Origin: Catajapyx aquilonaris
Lineage: Eukaryota
Length of the DNA: 50,570 nt
Direction: 5' to 3'
Assembly (NCBI GenBank): GCA_000934665.2
Contig: JYFJ02002806.1
Location: 1-50,570 of the forward strand
Each line of letters begins with the position of its first letter. Within the stretch, counting starts at the first letter, position 1. Both the position numbers and the translations under genes were made by a program. Below are positions 26,101-38,509 of this stretch, one piece after another. The notes beneath the pieces were generated by a model. It searched no databases. It was given only the letters and a program-made list of their open reading frames with translations, and was not told the origin of the DNA.

Positions 26101-29100
26101 GTCATGTCTGGTACGGAAACGGCTATGCTCTATAACGACAAGGCTGTACTCGAGAACCATCACATCAGCGCATCGTTCCGGTACGACCTTTCTGGGTTCA
26201 TACGGGCGTCGTTGAACCGTTGTGGTTGGTATTCACCAATCAATGTGAGCCACGCTCGGTGACGTGGGCTAGGCTGATTGGTGGAAGCGATGATGAAGAG
26301 CGCGGCTCCCACAGATTGGTGGATACCAACCACATAGACCCCTGACAGTTGAGAAAATAGGCATATTTTCAATATCTTCCAATATTTTTTTACGACAGGC
26401 TGATGAAAGAAGATGACTGCAACATCCTAGTCAACTTGTCTAAAGAAGAGTACCGGGAGTTCCGAAGTTTGGTCATTGACATGGTGCTCGCCACCGACAT
26501 GTCCTCTCACTTCCAGCAGATCAAAACTGCTCGTAACTTGATCGCTATATCCGAACCCAAGTAAGTTTCAATAAGCATCCTATCGAAAAACCTTCTTCAC
26601 ACGTACCATATCCACTTGCAGTAGTTTCGACAAGTCGAAGGCTCTGTCGTTGGTGCTGCATTGTTGCGACATATCCCATCCGAGCAAGAAGTGGGACCTG
26701 CATCTGCGCTGGACGCAGCTGCTCCTGGAGGAGTTCTTCCGACAGGGGGATGTGGAGAAGGAACTGGGTCTGCCATTCAGTCCCCTCTGCGACAGGAACA
26801 ACACCCTTGTGGCAGAGTCGCAGATTGGGTTCATCGACTTCATCGTGGACCCCAGCATGGCCGTGCTGGGAGACATGCTGGATCACATCTTGGGACCCTT
26901 ACCCACCTCCTCGTCCAAGCCCAATGGGGGAACCAGGGACTCCATATCGGAAGAAGGAGAGGTTGGAACGGACGTGGGAGCCAGCAGGAAAGGGTCAGCC
27001 GGGGTGGTGCCCAAGCGTGCAGGTCAGACCACTGATCTGATGTGACTCGGAGCATGTAACCTGATGATTACTTTTGGTGATTGCAGGTAGCGTTGACTCG
27101 GCAGACTACAACTGCAGTTCGCCATCAGGAGCGCAGTCGCCTCGTCAAGGGCCGCCGTCGCAGGTCAAGAGGCCGTGGGATCAGTACCTGACCGAGAATA
27201 AGGTCATCTGGAAGGAGAAAGCTGCACAAGGTATTTCTTGGTAACATCTTATTTAAATTGAGGCAAAGGTCGCTTGGAGGGATGCATACCTGCCTGGATA
27301 TTTTGTACCTTGTGTTTGCAGTCCATTATCTCGGTAACGAGACTGAGGAGACGAAGTGATACCTCATCATAGTGTGCTCCTCTGATCAACAGGAGTTAGC
27401 CCTCATTACATAACACCTTGTAGGAGAACCGCTGCCTTGTATAATCATTTTAGGCATATCCAGTTGCACCATGATACAGTACTAGTAGCTACTGTGCATA
27501 CCGATGCATAACTTCATCTATTCAGAAACGAGACAACACTGAACCACTTCATTCCGTATGGCTAGAAAACGCTAGCCCAGCTTGAAGGCATAATAACACC
27601 TAATGAGTGTTTGACAGCTCCAAAATAAGAACCACTTACCTCATCTGTCTTAATTAGGCACTGTAAGTTGAAGCGATACGGAGTACGTCTATACAGTGGA
27701 TGTGTTACAAGTATCTAAGAATTTTCTGTATTACCTACCGTCCTACAATATCATGATCTTGGCAGAGAACCCGTGCAAACGAAAGACCTGTCTTGTTATT
27801 TAGCAGAGGCCGTTCGCCGTTGCCAATGGTCTCAATGCAAAATATAGTTTCCATTTATTTCGATCAATTCCATACGTTATAAAATGTTATTGAGTTAGCC
27901 ACGCGTGTATGAAAAAATTACTCGTTTGTGGGAATACACACTATATTATAATTTAATAATGGCGAAATATGCAGGGTTGAGTAGTGGGGCAGTAATGATG
28001 AATTTATTGTGTGTACTGGATTCTATCCTGAGCCTACGCAGCCAGCATAGCCTGTTCCACGTGGCTGAACTCAAACAAGCAGACGAAATGTACTCGCGCG
28101 AGAAGGAAACTGCAGTGCTGGCTTAATGAGATTACCCGAATAATACTGTTCGTATTTGCTACTTAACGGCTTACTTATGCAATACTTGCTTGCTGTAGTA
28201 CAGTACGCACATGGGAAAAAAGAATGATTTACAAGGTGTATCTGCACATGGTACTAAATTACCTGTATTTCAAATGAATAATTTTAATATTTAAAATAGC
28301 GACACTCAGCAATGGCAGTCAAAATATGCGGAGACAAAATCTTAAATAGATGACATTCTCTTCTCTTCATTTAACAATATGGGCAAAATATTGACACTGT
28401 TTGCTTGCTGATGATTGCGAAATTGTAAAAAAAAAACACAGTGGGAAATCACCCTATAGTAACCACGTCGTAGGGTTTCAAAGCAATGGAGATTTTATCG
28501 CCTTTCGTTTCCGAGCACCAGCTGGAGACGTCGTGCTGGAGAATGGTCTTGATAAGATCTAACGAGTCTGTCCTTTAGGCCGAAGATTCAACACTTAAAG
28601 CTGCACTCATAAATTATTCGCTGAATTGGTTAATCACATCAACTCAGTTCAAATATTGAGAGTACCTATAGCTGAGCTTAATACATGATAATTATTTAAT
28701 AACTTATGATAATACGTATGTGCTACAGGTCTATTACATTACGCCGTACTACGTAATACGCATTACTGCCTGGAGTCAAGGTTAAAGTGTGAAGAACCCG
28801 GGCTGAAACTCAAACTTCACTTTCTGAAACTCCCCCAAAAGCACTTGGGTGTTTTTGAAAAGGCCATTCAGGGCAAACTTTCCTTGGATCTAAGGCCATT
28901 AGGTGGGGCCCACACGCTGGATAGTTCCGTAATTTTGTTGACAGAAATGCTGCGCGTGAAGCCGGGGCTAAAACCGCATTCACATGTCGTCGACAGGACC
29001 GCAACATTGAGCCCACAACGTGTCGGGAATATATTCAACGTTCCAACCAAAGATAGCTTTTTGTTCTTTCCTCCTGCATGTCCAATGTTCAGAAAAAGCT

Positions 29101-29983
29101 CAGGAAATCAGTGTGCTGAAGTATTGAAGTGCCAACAACTTCTCCAGGGAAACAGGAGTGGTGCTAAGACGGTCGTTACTTTTGGTATATCGACGACTCC
29201 TGGAGAATGTCGTCCAAGTGTGATAGTTGGAGTGGTGCTGTTTTCATGCCGTCATATTTCGAGGATTTTAGCCAACCAAAACGAGGGCATCAATATTTTT
29301 TGAAGCGAGAGTGAAGAATTTTATCGACCCTACTTTGACACATATGTGCAAATATCACAGCAAATGGGTGGCAGCTAATTGCCTTTTCTAGTTCATCCTC
29401 CATCACAGGGTCCGGTACTTTCCTGGATTAATTGATCATGTACTAGCTTAATAAATAATAACGATGGGTAACATCATAGGAAGCCTGCCCTTTGGTGCCA
29501 CTTAAGTACACTGCATGTCATTGCAATTTAAAGACGTAATTAATCGGCTTAAAATACTGTGCAAGCCTTTAGAGAATTTAGAATGCACGTTTTTTTTTTA
29601 AAAAAAAAGCGGGAATGAAAAATAATTGCGCGTAATCTCGCTTACTGCGCAATATATGCTGTTGTGTAATTCATCACGTTCTTTTGACGGAAGTTTGAAC
29701 AATTACTAGTCTGTGCTTTTTACATGAACTAAATCTGTATAACGGCTGTCGTTCCTTCTATAATAACACTGCTGCTGTATAATAATCAACCTGCAGCTAA
29801 TAATCTCGTAATACCTTAGTTACCAATGGCAAGCAGATGTGACTTTTTAAAAACCTATCTTTCTGATCACATTAAATATTAATTAAATATTTTCCACTGT
29901 CTCCAGATGCAGAACAGCGACAGAAAGCAGCGGAGGAAGCAGCAGCAGCGTCTGGTGAAGCCTCAGTGACCACCGAGGAATGA
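5114..29983 (+). CDS. Pde1c: Ca2+/calmodulin-dependent 3',5'-cyclic nucleotide phosphodiesterase 1 (PDE1C-like), about 658 aa; join(5114..5270,12343..12423,14378..14540,14993..15106,24036..24285,24973..25089,25808..25948,26011..26180,26399..26560,26622..27022,27087..27230,29907..29983)
   Basis: All introns are GT-AG with matching phases, giving a 1977-nt open frame. N-terminal KCVLTLDGYNYVIVA motif of long PDE1C isoforms; CaM-binding region RLRCLLRQLQKG...LETVYLDET; EVREWLASTFT and KPRFRSVAHAIRAGIFVDRMYRR; catalytic motifs YHNNIHAADV, HDYEHTGTTNNF, VLENHH, ATDM, LHCCDISHP, EEFFRQGD, SQIGFIDFIV. Exons 1, 2 and the last exon are less certain than the catalytic core. Confidence 0.93.
19534..19590 (+). 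CDS. Candidate PDE1 cassette exon (57 nt, phase 2-2), RQDGNEAFETESELDGENR
   Basis: About 50-nt polypyrimidine tract ending in TAG, then a purine-rich open 57-nt block ending AAG/GTTTTT. It is frame-compatible with flanking exons 14993-15106 and 24036-24285, but the donor is weak. Confidence 0.5.
27322..27359 (+). CDS. Candidate alternative terminal PDE1 exon (VHYLGNETEETK*)
   Basis: Good acceptor TTGTGTTTGCAG 91 nt after the phase-1 donor at 27231; stays in frame to TGA. Confidence 0.4.
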
Positions 29984-31709
29984 GCCTGTCGATGAAAAAT
30001 TCTCCACTTTTTTCTACTCATTACCTTGTACCATACAGTAATGTACAGCTTGGGTGTGTATGTATATAACACGTTGTTCTGTACAGCCGCTTTTCAGAAG
30101 AGGATCCCCTCCCCCCTACCCCAAAGTCTATATTGCGGTCCTTTGTATTTTGAGCACGAGAGAGTGTGAGAAACAATTCAGACAAAATTTTATCACCCGG
30201 AAGATTGGGGGTAACACAGATGAGAGCAGAGGTGTCACTATGCAATGCCCTGGCAGATTTTCTCTTTTTCAAATATTTATTTTGAATGGTGTGTGTGAGT
30301 GTGGGAATTCTGCTTGTTTTGGGGAGGGTATAGGCAACGCCTCATTTGTAAGCGGGTATGCGGGTACTGATTCACTCATTCCCTATACACACTATTTGTT
30401 ATTTTTCTCTCCCTTTTGTTTTTTTTACCCGTCCTACAGTGAGATTGCTGCGGAATGACATTTTCACTTTCCGTACTGGCTCAATACCAATAATGAGTAA
30501 GCAATCTGGGGTTATAGAAAAATTCATTCCGTATCATCAAATCATAGATATTTTTTTTCTCTTCATTTTGTGAACGTGAGAAAGTATGGTAACCTTTGGG
30601 ACCACAGGGAAAAATATAATGTTATCAAAGCCAGAATTCAGTGTGAAGAGTCCTACAGTAGCTGCTATAACTTTAGCATTCACTCAGTCGATTTACCTGA
30701 CAGTCTGATGTAAATAAGCACTGCTGGATCTTATAAAAATGGAAGCTTATACGATAAAAAAGAGCTGACTTGTGTAGTCCGCTGAGTTACATAATAGATT
30801 ATTTGTCTGCATTCTGCATATTTTCACACGCACTTTTCAGGTGTAGAGAAGTTGAGGCTCTTCAAAAAATATAAATTTTTGTTTACTTCGACGCCAGTTG
30901 GATTTCCCCCAATTTTGGTGAATTTCTGAGATTGAAGCGTAACCAGCATGTTACGTGTAGTTAAGGAGCTGTTGAGCAGCTGTAACATAATATATACACC
31001 GCACAGACGACATGTGGCAGTAATTCCAAAAGCAGGGATTCATTTGCCTCCTGGAATGTCTTGTGGTCATTCCTAGGAGTCTTATTATTATAATTATATT
31101 AACGTGGAAAAAAGTACAGTAAGACATCCTCCGATATTTGTGTCGTATTAGCTTTTTTTGTTCAGTGTAAAATCAACGGAGTCAAAATGTTTATACGATA
31201 ACGACCAGAAAGAGCACTTTCCACAATATTGGAATGTAAAATATGTATGTTTATATGATCGGAAAGAAGGGAAATATATATCACTTTTGGCAACTGAATC
31301 CGAGTTATTGCAAGTTCCTTGGTCAACTCAATTTAAAAACACGTGATTACATAACAAAGGGTTTTATAACGTTACGGTCTACATAAAGTACAAGTTTGAA
31401 AAATGGGCAGCATGCGTGTCAGTTTTATATGACTAGGAACACTCATCTGTACCAGGTTCAACTGGTATTTTCTACTTATTTCGACAAAAAACACTACAAT
31501 ACAAATTATCCTCGCACGCCATTGCATAAGTACACTCTCGGAATGAAGGCATGCCCAACATTAACTCAACTCCCATTTTTAAAAGCATGCCTTAATCAGT
31601 TACACTACTACAGGTTTTGAGAAACTAGATTCTAAAAATCTGCAAGAGTACAAAATAGCTATGCAATGGAATAAAAACCAGTCCAGAGTTTGAGCACAGA
31701 TCACACCAG

Positions 31710-33847
31710 TCAGAACGTGCAGTCGACTTGCGTCCCAGAGAGGCACGTCAATGCCAGTGCCGCGTCCAGCTCTTCCCACTGACGCTGACGAGGAACCTCA
31801 TCAAGGGCGGTCCTCTCTGAACAAAATAAATGGCGCATTAATCATTCGGCACTTAATGATTGCAAACGAAGTACCTGAAGCTGCAGCCCATAGCACCAGC
31901 CTGCGCTTCATGAGACAGCTCTGCTCGTCGTCACTCCACGGCTGCTTCCTTTTCATCGTGGAATCAGCTGAAGACATGAAGTCGAACCAGCATTTTCCGT
32001 CGTTGTTTCCGTTCTCACCTTCTGACTGGTACCGATGCCTGTACTTCTGGGGCGACTCTGGAGGTGTGGGTGGAAAGGACGTGAGCTTCTCGGAGTCAGA
32101 TGACGAAGAACAGGAGGAAGACGTGGATGAGTCCTCCGGTTGCAGAGCTGGAGGAGCCGATGCGAAGTAAGAGTGGTCCATGACAAAGGCCTGCTGATGC
32201 TGCTCCGGCTTGTCTTCAACATCTGAATCGTCATCTGTTGAAATTAGGAGTTACCCCATGAAATTCCATTCCATGCATAATCCCAACCTGTGAGCATGTT
32301 GGACTCCTGCCCCATATTCTCGTCTTGAGACGAGTCCCAGACGCTGTCGTCCGAGCTGATGCTGAGTCTCTCTGCGTTGCCGGAGAGACATGAGTTGTAG
32401 AGGCGGACCCTCTGCTCCCATGAGCAGTCCTCCTCGGACACCACGCTCTTGAGTCGCCTCCGGGCGTTGGCGAACCAGTTGGACACCTGGACCAGGGTCA
32501 TGTGTGCGGACACGGCCAGCTCACACTTCTGGGACCTGGTCGGGTATGGGTGTCGGCGGTGGCGGATCAGCCAGCGCTTCAGGGGACGTACCATGGCCTG
32601 AAGGACCACTCGCTTCTGACGCTGTCTCTCGGACATCGGTAGTCTGCGGACGAAGGTCAGTGCAAGGGTCAATCGCAGAGGCAAGCATTGGCAGGCGGAT
32701 GATAATAATTAGAAAGGAGTTGGCATTAAGGTAGTCATTTTTAGCAAGCTAATGTGATTTTTGTGGAGGATTTTTCTTAAAATTATAATTTATCTCCACT
32801 AAAAAAGTGAAACATTTCGTTCAGATAGAATATTGAATCTATAGAGTCTTGTTTGTGAGTTTCATTGCACATTTTTTTTTACTTTTGCTGCCACAAAATG
32901 CAGTAGCCTATACTATAGGGAAATTTTCAAGGATTGTTTTGTTAGATTTTACTGTTTTCTAAGGTGGCATACCTTTTGACACGAGAAACTGCATACTTTG
33001 CATTGCATAATCTTCTAGTTGAATATTCTGCTATACAGGCACAGTATTTAAGAGATTAGGCAGTCAGCATTTATTACGTTCACTGACATTTCAGCAGCAT
33101 TTCAGATTAGTGTAAATCCCCCACTTGTCACTGTCACTGCACGGAATATCCATCTATAGCAACATAAAAGTACACAGGAAAATTAGTTCGCATATTTTCT
33201 CCCTCTGAGTAGTTTGTGACCAGTTTGTGGCAATGTCAACTCAAAAATAATAATTGCCTTGGTAATTTAAAACAGCACGGATTTCATGCGAGACATAACC
33301 TTGCAACAGACATTTGTCAGTTCACGACAAACCCCTATATTTATGAGAGAAAAGTATCCACCAGTAAACCCTTCCTTTCAATGAATTCCTCCTAATTATA
33401 TTCACACCCCTTGACTCCTCCTTTCCTGTGCTGATTCCATGTGATTTACTGCATACCATTTGTATCCTCCGACTCCCTTGTAAACGTGAATTCCCCAGCA
33501 GCTGTCACCTTCGTTGGGTAGGTTAATCAAACACTAACAATGCCTCGGATTAATGTGAGCTGAATCGCAGGGTCTGCCAGACCCATCACCCTTTACCTAA
33601 CTAACCATTACCACACTGCAATAACAGTGCAAGAAATTCCTCCCAACAAAATGCTGACTTGCCTGAATTTCCTGTTCCGCAAGGACTTTCCACACGATGC
33701 CCCTCGACCCTGCCCTCCTGGCTCATCCTCGTCATCGTCATTAGTGGAGAGGCTCTCGTCGTCGGACGACACAGACTTGGAACTTCCTTCCATCCCACAC
33801 TCTTGATTGCTCCCGAGTTGGACACACTCGTCCTCCACTTCCAACAT
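31710..33847 (-). CDS. Mkx: Homeobox protein Mohawk (TALE class), about 335 aa; complement(join(31710..31816,31875..32234,32288..32643,33663..33847))
   Basis: TALE homeodomain RPLKRWLIRHRRHPYPT...MTLVQVSNWFANARRRLK followed by the Mkx-typical SWEQRVRLYN...GNAERLSISSDDS and C-terminal WEELDAALALTCLS. Intron phases 2, 1, 1 fit; the first intron has donor AG/GCAAGT. Confidence 0.92.
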
Positions 33848-35813
33848 GTTGCCCCCGACAGAACCACACTTGCTTCTGAGAGACTCGGGTCACGTGTCTT
33901 TATGTGTCTGGGTGGCCCCCCCGGCACGTGCCCCTACTGGACGAAAAAGTGGTGACCGTGTCCTCAGCAGGGGACATCACTCGCATGCCATCCCTCCTCT
34001 TTTTTTTGCTCTTCGGAACCTGACTATTTTAAAGAACGATCCGACAGTTCTTGCACGAAATGACGTGCAGTAAAATGTCTTACACGTGCCATTTGCAACA
34101 GTTTTCCATTCCGATCTAATCTTATGGTTGTGACCTCAGAGCCACGTTTGGAACATTGCCCGCACAAGCCAACAACAATCTGCGTTAGTACCGGACCACA
34201 ATATTTAATTGGCCACCTTGTGTCTCCTATGTGCTGCAATGTGGCGATGAGTTAATCACACCGTGTGTGCCCCCTTTAGGAGTTAAAAATACAGCCAATG
34301 ACACATGAACCCAACATTGTCGTGTAACCGTACCTGTAGTTCACCCAAGACGGCAATACCCCACCAAAAATTATAGTCCTCTTGAGCGTCCCATGGAAGC
34401 GACGGTCCTCTTTTGGAAAGTGGGTTACAGGCCTCTGAAGAAAAATAAAGCAAAAGGTGTGAACACACGGAAAGGGGATATGGTGGGAAGAAAAAAAAAA
34501 TAGAAGAAAAAAGAGTGAGAGAGGCCTCCTAGATGATGATTACTCCCTCTGGGAGGCGCCTCACTTGGAAAGTTCTATTTTGGGAAACTTTTGCCCATTC
34601 GCTGCAGGAGGCCACATCTTGGGGCTCCAGAGGAGGAGGACAAAAACACGTTGCATATATAGGAGGGGCCAAATACAACACCCGCCCTCTTTCAACACAC
34701 AAAATCTGGGTTTTTACATCCCATGAATCGATTCTCCTGGCACGATAATCTCAGCTGGTTCAATCTGATAAAATGATTTCACAATACCTGTAAAGGTATG
34801 CTGCAATGTTTAGTTCAGCTGAAATTAGTATGGTATTGATACGTGGTACAGTAGGCCTACAGTATTTTTACGGTACGGTTTCCTTTCCTTTCTATATGGG
34901 TCAGTGGTTGCAACAATTTATTCTCGCCTAAGCTGCTGTAATAAATGCCTGAAATTCTGAGTACCAAAAAGCTGTCTCACTAAAACATTATCCAAAAATA
35001 AGGTATTAGGTCCCCAGATAAGTACCACAGGATGCAATGAGACTTGCATAATTATGAGCATTTTAAATGACTTGCCAGCCAGGTATTTTCTGCAGGCTGT
35101 TTGCACTGGGTAGGCTTACATGAATAGATCTAAACTTCAACTGGGAAGTAAAATAATACATGATAATATTTGCAGCCGTCATAGCTACTAACAAGCTTAG
35201 TTATGTATGTACCAAGCCTGAGATTTCGTTATACCATTTGCATGAAATTGACTCACCTTTGGCATCAGGTCAAGTTTATCAGAAAAACATGCACCTGGGT
35301 GAAAGCATGTGGTGTGGTGGTAGGCTAGTGTTCTCAGTCAACCCCCGACTGCTAAATTGGCAGTAGTTTCAACTACTGACAGAGTCGCCCAAGCTAGAAA
35401 GGTCATGTAGTAGGAGAGAGACAAAAAGAGAAGACCCTGTGTCCTTCAAAGATTGGAGGTCAGTTTTAAAATTAATGACACAATAGCAGGTCATGATTAG
35501 GAAATAATTTCAGGAGGCTCAACCTGCATTAGGGAAGAATAGGGCATAAATTGCGATTTCTTACCCATTTTAATGCCCATTCACTACATCCATATCCCGT
35601 GCATGGTATGGTGGTAAAGGTTTCTTCCTCTAAAACCCATTTCCAGTTCCCATCTAGAATAAAGTAAACTTGCACCTTCTTTGGAATGTCTTTTGGTCTG
35701 TGCTTATTCAGGAAACACTGATTTGACCAAGAATGCATAAGGTAAATCAGCAATCAAGTAGGAGCATTTGCTATAAATAATATTAATGTTTATTGAGAGT
35801 ACACTATAGTTAT

Positions 35814-36921
35814 CTAGTCTTCCTTCTTAGCAAGCTGATCCAAGCTAGATGCAAGGTCGCTCTGGTGATGTGTCAGGGTGCTAGTGATTGAAGCTGCAGC
35901 TGACGATAAAGTTGATAACAGCATGGCCCTCCCAACGTCCAAGGATGGCAGCTGGCTGTACATGGTCAGTTCATTTCTGCTCAGGACACGGTCTTCTACT
36001 ACACCGGCTGAAATGGAAAGCATGACGTAAGTCTCCATAATTACTGTGCATATTCAGTGTATTTACACTTTAGGGCTATCTTTTTCAGAAGCTCACATTT
36101 GTGGTAAACTTTAATATGCAGTACCAAATACACCCATTTACCCTGTCTTATTACATGGCAAACAGTAGTAGTAAACAGAACTTCACAATTTTTTAACTGC
36201 ATTTTCCTCTCTATGTAAACACACCATGAAACGCACCTATTGACTTTCAAATTGCGCATTGGTACACAAGACAGAACATATTTTTAAAGACCATTCATTT
36301 ATGATAGTGGACTAACCGAGGAGAACTAGGACTGGAGTTTTCCGCAAGCACTTCAGGAGCTTGGCTACCCGTACATCTTTACTTAAAATCAAAGCGTACG
36401 AAGTCTTCACGAGAGGAACAAGGGCATCAAATCCAGCACCCTTGAAAGCCCTCTCCCCAATCCTGGAGTTGTAGGTCCAGATGGCCATGCCCTCACGCCT
36501 CAGGATGTTCCTAACCCTAAACATTTCTTCAGCCTTGACGGAATTCAAGTGGCAGACTCCAACCATACTGGACTGCTGCAACTCCTGGGCGAGCAACTTG
36601 GCCAGAAGGATCTCGTAGGGATTATCCACCTTGACCTTCTCCGCCTCCTCCTCCAGCCTCTTGCAGTTGTCGCTCCCTGGCTTGATTTTTAGAGGGTCAG
36701 GCAGGATGGGCTCGGTCAGCTTCAGGTACAGGGCCTTCTTATAGTGGGGGATTCCAGGCCGCTGGATGTTGGGCCTGCGGTGGTGTCGCACCTGCTGGAC
36801 CACAGGCGTGAACACATTGGCAAGCCTATCTGAAATGATCAGGTGCTGTTATTCTCATGTTCACAATATGTGTTAATGAATGAGCATACTCACATGTGGT
36901 CCACCTGAGAGAAACCGCCAT
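35814..36921 (-). CDS. mRpL10: Mitochondrial large ribosomal subunit protein uL10m, about 244 aa; complement(join(35814..36007,36317..36829,36894..36921))
   Basis: Basic presequence MAVSLRWTTYRLANVF...; motifs NIQRPGIPHYKKAL, NPYEILLAK, KTPVLVLLAGVVEDRVLSRNELTMYSQLPSLD and TLTHHQSDL. Two phase-1 GT-AG introns; poly(A) signal on the minus strand at 35789-35794. Confidence 0.88.
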
Positions 36922-38509
36922 ATCTCCCAAGCTGCAGCTGCTCCCAAGACAAACTTTCAGACAATTTCTGGCTGCTCCCACGTCCAGCTTCCCACTCCCA
37001 CCTGCCAGATGGCAGATGTGCACGGCCCATAGTTCCGCCCTCTATTCCGCAAATAATGTCCGATTATTATTTCTACATCCATCAACTTGATTACAATTAG
37101 CATAATAATAATTGCAGCACTTCTCTTGCAGTAAGGTCGTAAACAGATGCGTTCATCGTAATGACCAGTGAGAATGGCGAAATCTGTTTGAGCAGCAGGG
37201 TGTCATGGCCGCCGGTCCTACCACGTTGGACGGTTCATCTCTGGGTCCACTCCCGTGCCTTCCGATTCCACGTCTCGTCGCAGGACAAGAGTGACCGCCT
37301 CCACAGGAGAAGAGCAGCCTCCAGGTGCGGTATGAAGGGCGCGGTACCTCCCAGGGAGGAATGGGCAGGCCTTGATTCGAACACGGTTTCTTGTCACATA
37401 AGTAGTCCAGCCTGGTAGCCTCGGGGTTTGGTCAGTGTTTGCAGGGACCGGCTGTTATATTAGAGGGAGGTGGAAGCATGGTGTAACATGGCTCATAAGT
37501 AGTGGGTTTGTAGGGGCAGCTGCTTGAGACACTGTGGCTCAGTCGAGGGAGCTGGAGGTCTGAACCATTCTGAACTCATACGCTTGTGGCCATGGGTAAA
37601 GGCCGGTATCGACGTGCGAGTTCCTCGTATGCGAGTCCTCTTACGCGAGAAATCTTGTATGTCGAGACGGACTCTTTGTCGCCTCAGGGCCCCTCTTGTC
37701 CCTCGAAAATGGGGTTTAAAGTTGAACATATTCAACCATTCCTCGTTCATCGAATCCGGGCATGCGCAGTTGGCTCCATAACGGCCTTAAGGGAATATGG
37801 GTGCAAAACTGGCCCATAAGCACTGGTCTGCTTCCGATGGGTGGATGGATCGCTCACAGGCTCAGGTCACACAGAAAACTAACTATCTGGCGACTGCATG
37901 CAAGAGAGACAAGTTGCCACTGTCTGGCGCAATATCTCACACAGTTGAAGCCCCCTCTCAGTAAAGCAGTGGTTTCGGGGTTCAGAAGGGTGTGGCCTGA
38001 ATGTCTGAAACCATCCGTCGTAATTTCAGGAGATTTGTTGCAAGTAGTAGTGAGGAGATCAAAAAAGTGGGTGGATATGAAAGAAGTAAATGGGAGGGCA
38101 ATAGTGCCAAAGTGACTGGAGAAAATGTGGCTCCTTTGTTGCGGAAAGGGTGGGTCGGTTGAAAAATGGATTGGTACAAGGCGGTTACAATTGCAAAGAA
38201 TGTGATGCTTTCAGCCTTGAGGAAAACAAAGAAGACAATTGTTAACATGATCTGCGTCTTTTGTTACCAGCTGTCACTTAATGGGCTTGGCAGCTGCCCT
38301 CTTGCATCCTTATCTCCCAAAGTCTATCGGGTTGGACACCAGCCAACTCCTTCCCACCACTACATCTTGTGAATGCAGAGCTTCATAACTAATCATGCAT
38401 TTGGGTGTGAATTGATCTCCGGGTGTTGGGAGGTTGAAGATTTAAAATAAAAGGCCTGTTGAAGCTTGTCCTAATAATATGACATCTTGATTTCACCAGT
38501 GATCTTACA

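Noticed and set aside
28845..29303. 152-aa ORF in the last PDE1 intron
   Set aside because: Non-ATG start, no motif and no splice support.
31701..31712. TGA-CTG readthrough-like context at the Mohawk stop
   Set aside because: Another TGA follows after two codons, so any extension would be trivial.
31801..31874. Unspliced end of ORF 31801..32181 as the Mohawk C-terminus
   Set aside because: 31817-31874 is a 58-nt GT-AG intron; splicing it yields the conserved WEELDAALALT motif.
37235..37390. Minus-strand peptide ...SLLSCDETWNRKAREWTQR resembling a UBE2D C-terminus
   Set aside because: No catalytic HPN/Cys region, no start codon and no splice support; probably chance.
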